Assembly: GCA_943788175.1 (NCBI GenBank)
Contig: CALSPG010000005.1
Location: 448,001-512,000 of the forward strand
From: an uncultured bacterium
Lineage (GTDB): Bacteria > Fidelibacterota > Marinisomatia > Marinisomatales > UBA1611
Direction of reading: 5' to 3'
Length of the DNA stretch: 64,000 nt
The position numbers and the translations under genes were made by a program. The notes under the pieces were generated by a model. The model was not told the DNA's origin and ran no database searches. It was given only the letters and a program-made list of their open reading frames with translations. Shown in pieces: positions 49,839 through 58,570 of the stretch (the stretch's first letter is position 1; each line of letters begins with the position of its first letter).

Positions 49839-52270
49839 TTTAGCAGTGTTATTTTTCTTGTTGAAATCTCATTTGATTGACTGATTGAAATAAAATAATT
49901 TCCTGACGGAGCAATAAAACCATTCTGCTGAGTGCCATTCCATGTCCATTTTTCATTAACTGATACTGGTTTAATAGAAGTTTTATATACTTCTTGGCCT
50001 AAGATGTTTTTAATGCTTAAATCAACAGTAGTATTTGATGATAATACAGAAAATGAAATAGTAATTGAGCTGTTTGATGGGTTTGGATAAATATTTTTTA
50101 TATTTACGGTTTTAGGTTGTATACTTTTCGAATCCTCTATTTTTAGTTGCGATTCATAAGATGTTATTATTTTTGACATGAGTTCATTTCTTTTTTCTTC
50201 AGGATAGATTGTTTCAAACCCAACAGATAAATAAACGAGTCCCCCTGTAAGATTACTTAACCCAAAAGAGCCAATATATTGAATACCCATTCCGCCAGAG
50301 CTATTTTGATCTACGCCGGAAAATGCAGCACAGAATGAGGCGCCACCAAGTGGTTTTATGCCATCAGGCCAATCAACATTATAGGTGCCATGGCCTCCAT
50401 CATCATAATTAATAACATTTATTCCATCAAAGATCGAGCCACTATAGCCATAGCCACTATAGACACCTTCGTGCCCACCGGCAGCATCTGATATGTAATC
50501 AGCTTTTAAATAGTTTTGATAAAAATCTCTATCCGTAGTGCTTCCCTGATCTTCAAGATCATAACCAATTTCTGATCCTGAAATAAATAGAAATCGGCCT
50601 GATTCTAAATAGGTAGTAATTAAATTTTGTTCAGAATAAGAAAATACGCTAGTTGAAGTGCCTTCTTCTCCAAGCATCCAATCAACAAATTGATAGTCTT
50701 GCAGATCAATCTGTTGGCTAACGACTGCTTCATTTGACGCAGCGTCAAATGCTTGGCCATGATTATTAAATGCGCTGCCATGTTGGCGGATGTAATCAAA
50801 TGTATTATTCGTTCCACTAATTCTATCAAATCCATTAACGATAAGAACGTTTACTTCATTATTTGAAGGAACTATACCAAGCATTTCTGTCGGCTCGCTA
50901 TTCCCAAGAGAGTTTTTTGCAACAACACTAAGAAAATAACTTTCACCTTCATTTAAATTGTTAATGATGATAGGTTTTTCAGAGTAAACCCCAACGGTGT
51001 CTAGTCCTCCGACTACTTCTAGAAATCCTCTTAAAACTATAAACTCCGACGAATTATCGGAACTTTCGAAATCAATTTTGATTGATCCTTGACCTATATT
51101 TTTCATGAAGAGGTTAGACGGCTTTATCGGTGGTGCACTTTCACCAAACTTATTATATAGTAAATCCCAAAGTTCTGGACGACCATCATCATAGCCTAAA
51201 GCCCAAATTCCAACTCCCTTTAAGTTGTTAAATAGTGCGAAATCGTATTTTAATGAAAGAGAGAGGCTATCATCATACCATCCTTGATTCCAGCCATTGT
51301 TATTATAATTATACCATGGGGTTTGAGAACTAGAATGCCATAACTTCCCATAAGATTGGGCTAATCCTTCAATTTCTGAGTAGAATTTTGCACTGCCTGT
51401 TCCACTTGTATTTGCTCCAGCAGCATTTGAAGATGATGCCCATTCAAATCCATAATAGGGGACTCCAAGAATTAGCTTATCCGCCTGAAAATTTGTTTTA
51501 TTTAAATAATCTAGCACTGACCATGTAAGTGTGTATCCAGGACCAGACAATGGGGAGTTCGGTCCAGTAGTTGAACTGCCGCTGTAATGATAATTATAAC
51601 CCATAATAAATAACCCATCACTAATAGAAGCTAAGGCATTGTAGTCCCAGGCATTACTCCAGTCAATTGGGGGCATTGCTAAGGTTACTTGAGAACCTGG
51701 GATTGCAGAATGGAAAGTTTCAGTAAGGTCTGTAATAAAAGTCACCATATTACTCCGCTGCGATGAGGGAAAAGACTCAAAGTCAATATTTACACCATCA
51801 GCGTTTCCTGCCTGTACCTGGGCAAGTAAGTTATCAATTAGGTTTTGGCGATTTTCAGCACTACTCAGCAGTGTAGTAATACTAGCGCTACTGAAAAGGG
51901 TAGCACATAATACAACTTTCGTTCCATGAGCATGTGCTTCATTAATTAAACTAGCTACGGGCCAACCATGCAAGTTACTAATTCCGCCTGTTGGTGTTAT
52001 TTCAGCGCTGAAATAGGCAAGTGTAGATATTAAATTGAAATTATAGTTCGTCCATGCTGTCCCCATCCAATAAGGATGATATCCAAAAACTTCTTTCGAA
52101 GGTACTCTGGACCTTGGTGATATTGAACTGATAACGACAGTGGTATCTGTATTTTTTGGCACAATATAATTGGCGTTATAATATTCTAACTGTTGCTGGT
52201 GTATACTTTGATGGTTTTGAGATAATAGGAAGGAGAGGGCTGTCAAATAAAAAAATAATATTCTATACAT
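49835..52270 (-). CDS. GH18 glycoside hydrolase with FN3-like domain and CTD
   Basis: DGVNIDFE, IMGYNY, LGVPYYG, GVGIWALG; IYPNP..KITLLK. Confidence 0.88.
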   Translation of the reverse strand: MYRILFFYLTALSFLLSQNHQSIHQQQLEYYNANYIVPKNTDTTVVISSISPRSRVPSKEVFGYHPYWMGTAWTNYNFNLISTLAYFSAEITPTGGISNLHGWPVASLINEAHAHGTKVVLCATLFSSASITTLLSSAENRQNLIDNLLAQVQAGNADGVNIDFESFPSSQRSNMVTFITDLTETFHSAIPGSQVTLAMPPIDWSNAWDYNALASISDGLFIMGYNYHYSGSSTTGPNSPLSGPGYTLTWSVLDYLNKTNFQADKLILGVPYYGFEWASSSNAAGANTSGTGSAKFYSEIEGLAQSYGKLWHSSSQTPWYNYNNNGWNQGWYDDSLSLSLKYDFALFNNLKGVGIWALGYDDGRPELWDLLYNKFGESAPPIKPSNLFMKNIGQGSIKIDFESSDNSSEFIVLRGFLEVVGGLDTVGVYSEKPIIINNLNEGESYFLSVVAKNSLGNSEPTEMLGIVPSNNEVNVLIVNGFDRISGTNNTFDYIRQHGSAFNNHGQAFDAASNEAVVSQQIDLQDYQFVDWMLGEEGTSTSVFSYSEQNLITTYLESGRFLFISGSEIGYDLEDQGSTTDRDFYQNYLKADYISDAAGGHEGVYSGYGYSGSIFDGINVINYDDGGHGTYNVDWPDGIKPLGGASFCAAFSGVDQNSSGGMGIQYIGSFGLSNLTGGLVYLSVGFETIYPEEKRNELMSKIITSYESQLKIEDSKSIQPKTVNIKNIYPNPSNSSITISFSVLSSNTTVDLSIKNILGQEVYKTSIKPVSVNEKWTWNGTQQNGFIAPSGNYFISISQSNEISTRKITLLK

Positions 52271-53519
52271 CGCAACCCCTAAATAACTCTTCTATAGTTT
52301 CTCTTTTTCTTATTAGTGACACTTCTTCCTCATCAACTAAAACTTCAGATGACCGAGGTCGTGTGTTAAAGTTATGTGACATTGAATATCCATATGCACC
52401 ACTATCCATGATTGCGCATAGTTCCCCTTCTTTCATCTCGGGCATTTTATAACCCTCAGATATTCGGTCAGTATTCTCACAGATTCTTCCAGTAATGTCA
52501 TATATGATAGTATCATTTTCATCAATGTGTCCAATTTTTTGGACTCTGTGAAACGCGCCGTAGAGAGCAGGCCTCATTAAGGTTTCCATTCCAGCATCAA
52601 GCCCTACAAATTCTTTGTATGAAGATTTGATGCCAGTCACTCTTGTAAGGATAAAACCAGTATCTGCTACGAGTATTCGTCCTGGTTCAATGCATAATGT
52701 CGGCCAGCTTGAATTATCTTCACCATAGAAATCTTTAAAGGTTCTTTTTGTATTTTGGAATAACTGTTCTAAATCCAATGGTTCTTCTTCATCTCGGTAG
52801 GGTATACCAAACCCACTTCCGATACTTATTTTTTCTAATTTTTGTCCTAGATTATCTTCGATTTCTCTAGCAGATTTTAATATTTGTTTGGTTATATCAC
52901 TGAAGGTCTTTGCGTCTAGTGTTGAAGAACCAGCATGACATTGAAGCCCAAATTTTTTGACACCTGATGATTTTGCGACATTATATGCTTCAACTATAGT
53001 TTCTTTCGGAATACCAAACTTTGAATTTTTACCGCCAGTAATAATACCTTTAAACTGCCCGTGCCCTTTGCCTGGATTTAATCTAAAGCTTATGTAATCG
53101 GGAATGCCGATAGTCCTGAGCCTTTTAAAAGAGTTCAAATCATCTAAATTGATTTCAGCGCCTGAATCATATGCAATCTGTAGATCTTCCAATGACTCGT
53201 AATTACCAGTGTAAACGCAATCAGACATATTTAGCCCCGCTTTACTTGCTGCAAATAATTCGCCGGGACTAGAACAATCACATCCTAAATCATTAAACTC
53301 ATTTTTGAGTGTTCTTATAATTTGAATATTACTATTTGCTTTTACGGCATAATAAATTTGATGTTTAGTGAAACTCTGACTTATTGCACTGGAGAGCCTA
53401 CTAATATTTTCTTCTAATCTTCTTTTTGAGTAAACATACGTTGGCGTTCCGTGCTGTTCAGCGATGTTTTCTAAAAATTTTGTTTGTGATAGAAGGTTAG
53501 ATAATGGATGATTAATCAT
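52263..53519 (-). CDS. lysA: Diaminopimelate decarboxylase
   Basis: TPTYVY, YAVKAN (PLP Lys), SKFGI, HAGS, EPGR, RPALY, ICENTD, GAYG. Confidence 0.93.
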   Translation of the reverse strand: MINHPLSNLLSQTKFLENIAEQHGTPTYVYSKRRLEENISRLSSAISQSFTKHQIYYAVKANSNIQIIRTLKNEFNDLGCDCSSPGELFAASKAGLNMSDCVYTGNYESLEDLQIAYDSGAEINLDDLNSFKRLRTIGIPDYISFRLNPGKGHGQFKGIITGGKNSKFGIPKETIVEAYNVAKSSGVKKFGLQCHAGSSTLDAKTFSDITKQILKSAREIEDNLGQKLEKISIGSGFGIPYRDEEEPLDLEQLFQNTKRTFKDFYGEDNSSWPTLCIEPGRILVADTGFILTRVTGIKSSYKEFVGLDAGMETLMRPALYGAFHRVQKIGHIDENDTIIYDITGRICENTDRISEGYKMPEMKEGELCAIMDSGAYGYSMSHNFNTRPRSSEVLVDEEEVSLIRKRETIEELFRGCDV

Positions 53520-53840
53520 TTTTGTGTGTTTATATCCTTGCTCTTATTTTACTCAAATTATTTTGGAGAGATAAACAATAAATACAATAGTTATTCTTTT
53601 TTTTATTGTCATAAATTTTCTTAAATATGAAAAGTTTAATAGTGTATGATATTTAAAGTATTTTTTCAGATTTCATTATTGTTCATGGTATTTTAATTTA
53701 TAATATGTATCAAATGAAAGTATCAAGAATGACTAAAACTATATATAATTTTCATATTAATTTTGTTTTTATGATTATGGTTACTTCAATTTTATCAATT
53801 TCACAAAACAAAGTCTGTTTGAGACAGTCATTATATTTAA

Positions 53841-55334
53841 ATGTCTAAATATGTATTAGCCATAGATGCTGGAACAACTAGCCAAAGAGCTATCTTATTC
53901 AATAAAAAGGGGAAAATCCTGAATATTGCTCAAGAAAAGCTTAAACAATTTTATCCTAACCCTGGATGGGTCGAACATGACCCTATTGAGATATGGGAAA
54001 TCCAAAAACTCACGATTGACAGTGTACTGCAAAAATCAGGTATAGACATCTCTGAATTAGCTGTTATAGGAATCACAAACCAGAGAGAAACGACAGTGGT
54101 TTGGGATAGAGGAACAGGTAAAGCACTACACAAGGCTATTGTATGGCAAGATCGTAGGACATCGGAATATTGTGACAAATTAAAAGCAGATGGCCATGTA
54201 GAAATAGTTCAAGATAAAACCGGTCTTTTAATAGATTCTTATTTTTCTGCCACAAAAATTCGTTGGATTTTAGATCATGTTGATGGAGCTCAAAAAAGCG
54301 CTGAAAATGGAAAGTTAGCTTTTGGTACGGTAGATTCTTGGTTACTGTGGAAATTGACAAAAGGGGAAGTCCATGCTACTGACGTTACCAATGCTAGCAG
54401 AACAATGCTATTTAATATTCATGAATTAGATTGGGATAATGATTTACTTAATCTTTTTAATATTCCAAAATCTATGTTACCTGATGTCAGGCAAAGTAGT
54501 GATTATTATGGAAATACAGACCCGGATATTTTTAGTAAAGCAATTCCGATAGGAGCAATAGCGGGCGATCAACATTCTGCTCTTTTTGGTCAAATGTGCG
54601 TTAATCCTGGAATGGTCAAAAATACTTATGGAACAGGTTGTTTTTTAATGATGAATACTGGATCGCAAGCTATTAAATCAAAAAATAAACTCCTCACGAC
54701 AATTGCATGGAAAATCAATAATGAGGTGAGCTATGCTTTAGAGGGGAGTATCTTCATAGGTGGAGCTTTAGTACAATGGCTACGTGATAATGTTGATTTC
54801 ATAGAATCAGCTGAAGAAATTGAAACTTTAGCAAAATCTGTTGAAAATAATGGAGGAGTCTATTTTGTCCCTGGTTTTGTGGGCCTTGGTGCTCCTCATT
54901 GGGATCAGTTCGGTACTGGATTAATCATTGGATTAACGCGTGGCACAAAAAAAGGGCATATTGCTAGGGCTGCACTAGAGGCACTTGCTTTACAAAGTCT
55001 GGACGTTATTGAAACCATGTCTTTGGATTCTAATATTAAAATAAAAGAACTTAGAGTTGATGGTGGCGCGTCAGCGAATGATCTACTCATTCAAATACAA
55101 TCTGATATAGCTGGGTTAAAAATTGTAAGACCGAAGATTATTGAAACAACAGCACAAGGAGTAGCTTTTCTTGCGGGTTTAAGCGCAGGATATTGGAAAA
55201 ATATTGAAGAGATACAATCGCTCTGGGAAGTAGATAAGAAATTTATTCCTTCAAAAATAGACCTGCATTCGATTAAGAAAAATTGGCAAAAAGCGGTGCA
55301 GAGGGCAAAAAACTGGGTGGAAAAAGAAAATTAA
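53841..55334 (+). CDS. glpK: Glycerol kinase
   Basis: DAGTTS, ITNQRETT, WQDRRT, NASRTML, KNTYGTGCF. Confidence 0.96.
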   Translation: MSKYVLAIDAGTTSQRAILFNKKGKILNIAQEKLKQFYPNPGWVEHDPIEIWEIQKLTIDSVLQKSGIDISELAVIGITNQRETTVVWDRGTGKALHKAIVWQDRRTSEYCDKLKADGHVEIVQDKTGLLIDSYFSATKIRWILDHVDGAQKSAENGKLAFGTVDSWLLWKLTKGEVHATDVTNASRTMLFNIHELDWDNDLLNLFNIPKSMLPDVRQSSDYYGNTDPDIFSKAIPIGAIAGDQHSALFGQMCVNPGMVKNTYGTGCFLMMNTGSQAIKSKNKLLTTIAWKINNEVSYALEGSIFIGGALVQWLRDNVDFIESAEEIETLAKSVENNGGVYFVPGFVGLGAPHWDQFGTGLIIGLTRGTKKGHIARAALEALALQSLDVIETMSLDSNIKIKELRVDGGASANDLLIQIQSDIAGLKIVRPKIIETTAQGVAFLAGLSAGYWKNIEEIQSLWEVDKKFIPSKIDLHSIKKNWQKAVQRAKNWVEKEN

Positions 55335-55442
55335 AATATTTAATTTAAAATTCTGTTAGACTTTGCCTTAATTCGATTTTTTCTCAACTCTTCTTTAATT
55401 TCACTAATATGTTTTTCACTTAATGGGTAGTATTATAAGAAT

Positions 55443-56258
55443 ATGAATAAAAATAGTATTGAGCTAACACGAATAGTTTTACTACTTATAACAATTGTAT
55501 CTTCTCCTGGTATGGGGCAAGAAAAAAACAGTTCACCGTACTCATTTTCAAACAATCTTGATTTGAAAATTGCGGGGCTTAGCGCCAGCTTGCTATTAGG
55601 TTCTGTGCTAATGGATTATGCTCCAATGAGCTTGGATAATATATCAAATTTAAATTCTAAGAATATTCCAAAATATGATTCGAAGGCAATAGATAATTGG
55701 AGTTTAAAAAGCATAGCAATGAGTGATGTTTTACTTTTTTCTAGTCTCGCGATACCAGGTGTATTGATGGCAAATAAAAAAATCCGGAATGATTATCAAA
55801 ACTTTTCTTTAATATGGGCAGAAAGCCTTTTTTTAACTGTAGGTATTACAAATTTCACTAAGGTATTAGTTGGTCGGCCTAGGCCTTATCTTTACGGCGA
55901 TAAGGCTCCTCGTGATTACAGGTTAAAGAAAGACAATAAAAAAAGCTTCTTTTCAGGCCACACTTCCATAGCTGCTGTTTCTTGGTTTTTAATGGCAAGT
56001 ATGTATGATGACTATAACCCAAATAGTAAAATTTCACCATATCTATGGACCTCAGCCTTTTTGATTCCTGCTTGTACAGCATATTATCGTTATGATGCTG
56101 GAAAGCATTTCCCTTCAGATTTGGTCACAGGTTATATTGTTGGTGGTGCTATTGGAATGCTTGTTCCAAAATGGCATAGAGAAAATAGCAATGTGAATGT
56201 TTCATTATCATTGCAATCAGCTGGCAAAATTAAAACTCGCCTATCCTATAAGTTTTAA
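55443..56258 (+). CDS. PAP2-family phosphatase
   Basis: KVLVGRPRP, SFFSGH, RYDAGKHFPSD. Confidence 0.88.
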   Translation: MNKNSIELTRIVLLLITIVSSPGMGQEKNSSPYSFSNNLDLKIAGLSASLLLGSVLMDYAPMSLDNISNLNSKNIPKYDSKAIDNWSLKSIAMSDVLLFSSLAIPGVLMANKKIRNDYQNFSLIWAESLFLTVGITNFTKVLVGRPRPYLYGDKAPRDYRLKKDNKKSFFSGHTSIAAVSWFLMASMYDDYNPNSKISPYLWTSAFLIPACTAYYRYDAGKHFPSDLVTGYIVGGAIGMLVPKWHRENSNVNVSLSLQSAGKIKTRLSYKF

Positions 56259-56288
56259 TTAATATACTGATATATAAAAATAAGAATT

Positions 56289-56516
56289 ATGAAAATATCT
56301 ATAGAATATTGTAACGTTTGAAACTACCTGCCTAAAGCCTCCAGTTTGGAGGAATATTTAAAAGGGAAGTATGAAGTTGAAATAGAGCTTATATCAAGTG
56401 GTGGTGGCGTGTTTGAAGTATGTCTTGAAGATAAGCTTATTTTTTCAAAAAAATCCCTGGGTCGATTCCCTGAGCATAGTGAAATCGACGATCTAATCAA
56501 TCATAGCTTAGTTTAA
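56289..56516 (+). CDS. SelW/SelT/SelH (Rdx family) selenoprotein, 75 aa, Sec at codon 11
   Basis: Own translation MKISIEYCNV-U-NYLPKASSLEEYLKGKYEVEIELISSGGGVFEVCLEDKLIFSKKSLGRFPEHSEIDDLINHSLV; in-frame TGA at 56319-56321 in the CxxU position. Confidence 0.92.
56338..56352 (+). promoter_or_regulatory. Bacterial SECIS hairpin (upper stem)
   Basis: cctcca-gtt-tggagg starts 16 nt after the Sec TGA, with G in the apical loop. Confidence 0.75.
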
Positions 56517-56529
56517 GCCATATCAACTC

Positions 56530-56557
56530 TTGACTTGTAACGCTTTTCTTTTATAAA
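56530..56557 (+). promoter_or_regulatory. Sigma70-like promoter of the lexA cassette
   Basis: TTGACT-N16-TATAAA. Confidence 0.6.
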
Positions 56558-56559
56558 CT

Positions 56560-56579
56560 ACTTACGAGCAACTTACGAG
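56560..56579 (+). repeat. Direct repeat ACTTACGAG-CA-ACTTACGAG (candidate operator)
   Basis: Two identical 9-mers with an 11-bp period directly downstream of the -10 box. Confidence 0.6.
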
Positions 56580-56587
56580 TAAATAAT

Positions 56588-56743
56588 ATGTTTAGATTAA
56601 AAAGTAAAAAACAAAGAAAAAGTTCACTCATAGTCCTAAGGGCGATCAATCGCATCAATAGGTATGAGATGAATGAAAACCATTTATATCGCGCTTATGA
56701 TTCATTAGGGCGGAAACAAGGCAGCCATTCTTTAACGTCATGA
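56588..56743 (+). CDS. Putative 51-aa basic protein overlapping the lexA start (ATGA)
   Basis: MFRLKSKKQRKSSLIVLRAINRINRYEMNENHLYRAYDSLGRKQGSHSLTS; its stop overlaps the lexA ATG. Confidence 0.45.
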   Translation: MFRLKSKKQRKSSLIVLRAINRINRYEMNENHLYRAYDSLGRKQGSHSLTS

Positions 56744-57354
56744 AACCGCTGTCCCTAAAGCAGAAAAAGTTTTTGAACTTCATAAAGAATTTTACTCTCA
56801 TGCAAGGTGAAGCGCCAGCGTATGATGAGATAATGTCTGGGCTTGGTTTTAAATCTTTAGGGACAGTGGATTGGTATGTTAAAACGCTTGAGAAAGAAGG
56901 TCATTTATATCGTACGAAAGGCTCTAACGGCAAACGGGCATTAACATTAACGCAAGAGCACGCCACGCATCCCGAGGCTTGTTTGCCGTTATTGGGTCTG
57001 ATTGCCGCAGGAGAGCCTATTGAGGCATTAGAAACGCCAAATAGTGTTACAGTTCCACTTTCTTTGGTTCATCCTGATAATTTTGTCTTACAGGTTCGAG
57101 GACAATCAATGATAGATGAACAAATTCAAGATGGTGATTATATTGTAGTTAAAAAAACAGCTACAGCTAGATCAGGGCAAATTGTGGTTGCTCTCATTAA
57201 TGATGAAGCAACGTTAAAGTGTTATGTCCCCAAATCAAATCATATAGAGTTACACCCTCGCAATCCTAGTTTTCCAGTTATTACTATTAAAGAGACAGAT
57301 AGATTTAATATAAACGGCGTGCTTTTATATTCTTTTCGAGAATATCCTAGTTAA
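56740..57354 (+). CDS. lexA: LexA-family repressor
   Basis: wHTH N-domain, IAAGEP cleavage site, VRGQSM (Ser), EATLK (Lys). Confidence 0.92.
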   Translation: MKPLSLKQKKFLNFIKNFTLMQGEAPAYDEIMSGLGFKSLGTVDWYVKTLEKEGHLYRTKGSNGKRALTLTQEHATHPEACLPLLGLIAAGEPIEALETPNSVTVPLSLVHPDNFVLQVRGQSMIDEQIQDGDYIVVKKTATARSGQIVVALINDEATLKCYVPKSNHIELHPRNPSFPVITIKETDRFNINGVLLYSFREYPS

Positions 57355-57366
57355 TACACGTCATGA

Positions 57367-58530
57367 ATGTTATCTGAAGTATTTTATCTCAATTTAGATT
57401 CGATAGAGTTACAAGCGGAAAGGACAGTTGATCCAACTTTAAAAACGCGCCCTATTGCTATCATATCTTCTGCCGATAGTAGTGGTACGATTATATCTCT
57501 TTCAAACGAAGCAAAGGAAGAAGGCTTGTACGAAGGGATGAAAGTTTCTATTGCAAAAAAGAAAAAACAAATGGTTCAATTTTTACCATACAATCGTGCC
57601 TTGTATCAGCGTGTAAATAAATATACCTATGATACACTTTCTAAGTTTACACCTATTGTAGAACCAAGTGGGATGAATGGTTTTTATATGGATATGAAAG
57701 GTATGGTTCGATCTCAAGATAGTATAAAAGACTTTGGTTTGTCTGTTATTAAAAAAATAGAAAGCCGTATTAGTCTATTTTCAGTAATAGGAATTAGTGC
57801 GAATAAACTTGTTAGTAGAATAATTACTAATGTTGTTCATGAGAGTATCCACGAAGTTCATTTTGGATTAGAAAATCAATTTCTTGCTCCTTTAAGCTTT
57901 AATGTCCTGCCAACGGCTAGGCTCAAACCTGTACGTAAGATACTACACTTTCTATTCATAGATAAAATTTTCCAACTACAAATCTTGACTAAATGTGCTG
58001 AAGATTTTCGAACATTGTTTGGCGTAAACGCTGTTCAGTTAGCAAACGAAGCAGTTGGTAGAGATACATCATTAGTCAGGCCGCCTATATTCAAGGATCA
58101 TTTGCTAGAACAATTAGTTTTGCCTAAAAATACAAACAATCAATATGTTCTTTTATCTGCTGTGCAAGATTTATCGGAAAAAGTAGCATTTCAATTGAGG
58201 AAGCGTGGACAAATAGCAAAAAGAATTAGGCTGGAGGTTCACTATGTTGATGGCTATAGTTCTAGTACAATTGGAAGTGCTAATTACCCGGATGATATTT
58301 CGATCAGTAAAGAGTGCAAAAAGTTGTTTGCGAAGGCAAATAATAGGCGTGTTTCAATAAGGAGTATTTTATTAGACCTGAGCCAATTCAAGCCCTATAC
58401 TGAACAGAAGAATTTATTTTTTGACTCTGAGTCACGTGATATGGAAATATCTAGAGCCGTTGAAAAAATACGTCGTAAATATGGTATAACAATTATAAAA
58501 AAAGCGAACGTATTACATGCATTGGGCTAG
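57367..58530 (+). CDS. Catalytically degenerate Y-family polymerase homologue (ImuB-like)
   Basis: DinB-like fold motifs with acidic residues lost (YLNLDS versus HxDMDA; EPSGMNG versus EPxSxDE); QKNLF clamp-binding-like motif. Confidence 0.8.
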   Translation: MLSEVFYLNLDSIELQAERTVDPTLKTRPIAIISSADSSGTIISLSNEAKEEGLYEGMKVSIAKKKKQMVQFLPYNRALYQRVNKYTYDTLSKFTPIVEPSGMNGFYMDMKGMVRSQDSIKDFGLSVIKKIESRISLFSVIGISANKLVSRIITNVVHESIHEVHFGLENQFLAPLSFNVLPTARLKPVRKILHFLFIDKIFQLQILTKCAEDFRTLFGVNAVQLANEAVGRDTSLVRPPIFKDHLLEQLVLPKNTNNQYVLLSAVQDLSEKVAFQLRKRGQIAKRIRLEVHYVDGYSSSTIGSANYPDDISISKECKKLFAKANNRRVSIRSILLDLSQFKPYTEQKNLFFDSESRDMEISRAVEKIRRKYGITIIKKANVLHALG

Positions 58531-58570
58531 ATTATAATATTTGTCATGTAATCCATGGCATTATTTTTTT

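Noticed and set aside
53553-53612. 19-codon minus-strand ORF MTIKKRITIVFIVYLSKII upstream of lysA as a possible lysine leader peptide
   Set aside because: Lys codons are common in AT-rich DNA, and I see no terminator/antiterminator pair or lysine riboswitch motifs.
56319-56321. TGA as a sign of an alternative genetic code or a pseudogene
   Set aside because: TGA ends other genes normally; its CxxU position and the downstream hairpin favour selenocysteine.
57367-58530. Active DNA polymerase IV (dinB)
   Set aside because: Catalytic Asp/Glu positions are replaced, and the context fits ImuB.
58541-58570. ORF-track TTG start for dnaE2 (and the 62357 start for yceI)
   Set aside because: Downstream ATGs at 58571 and 62378 give family-typical N-termini.
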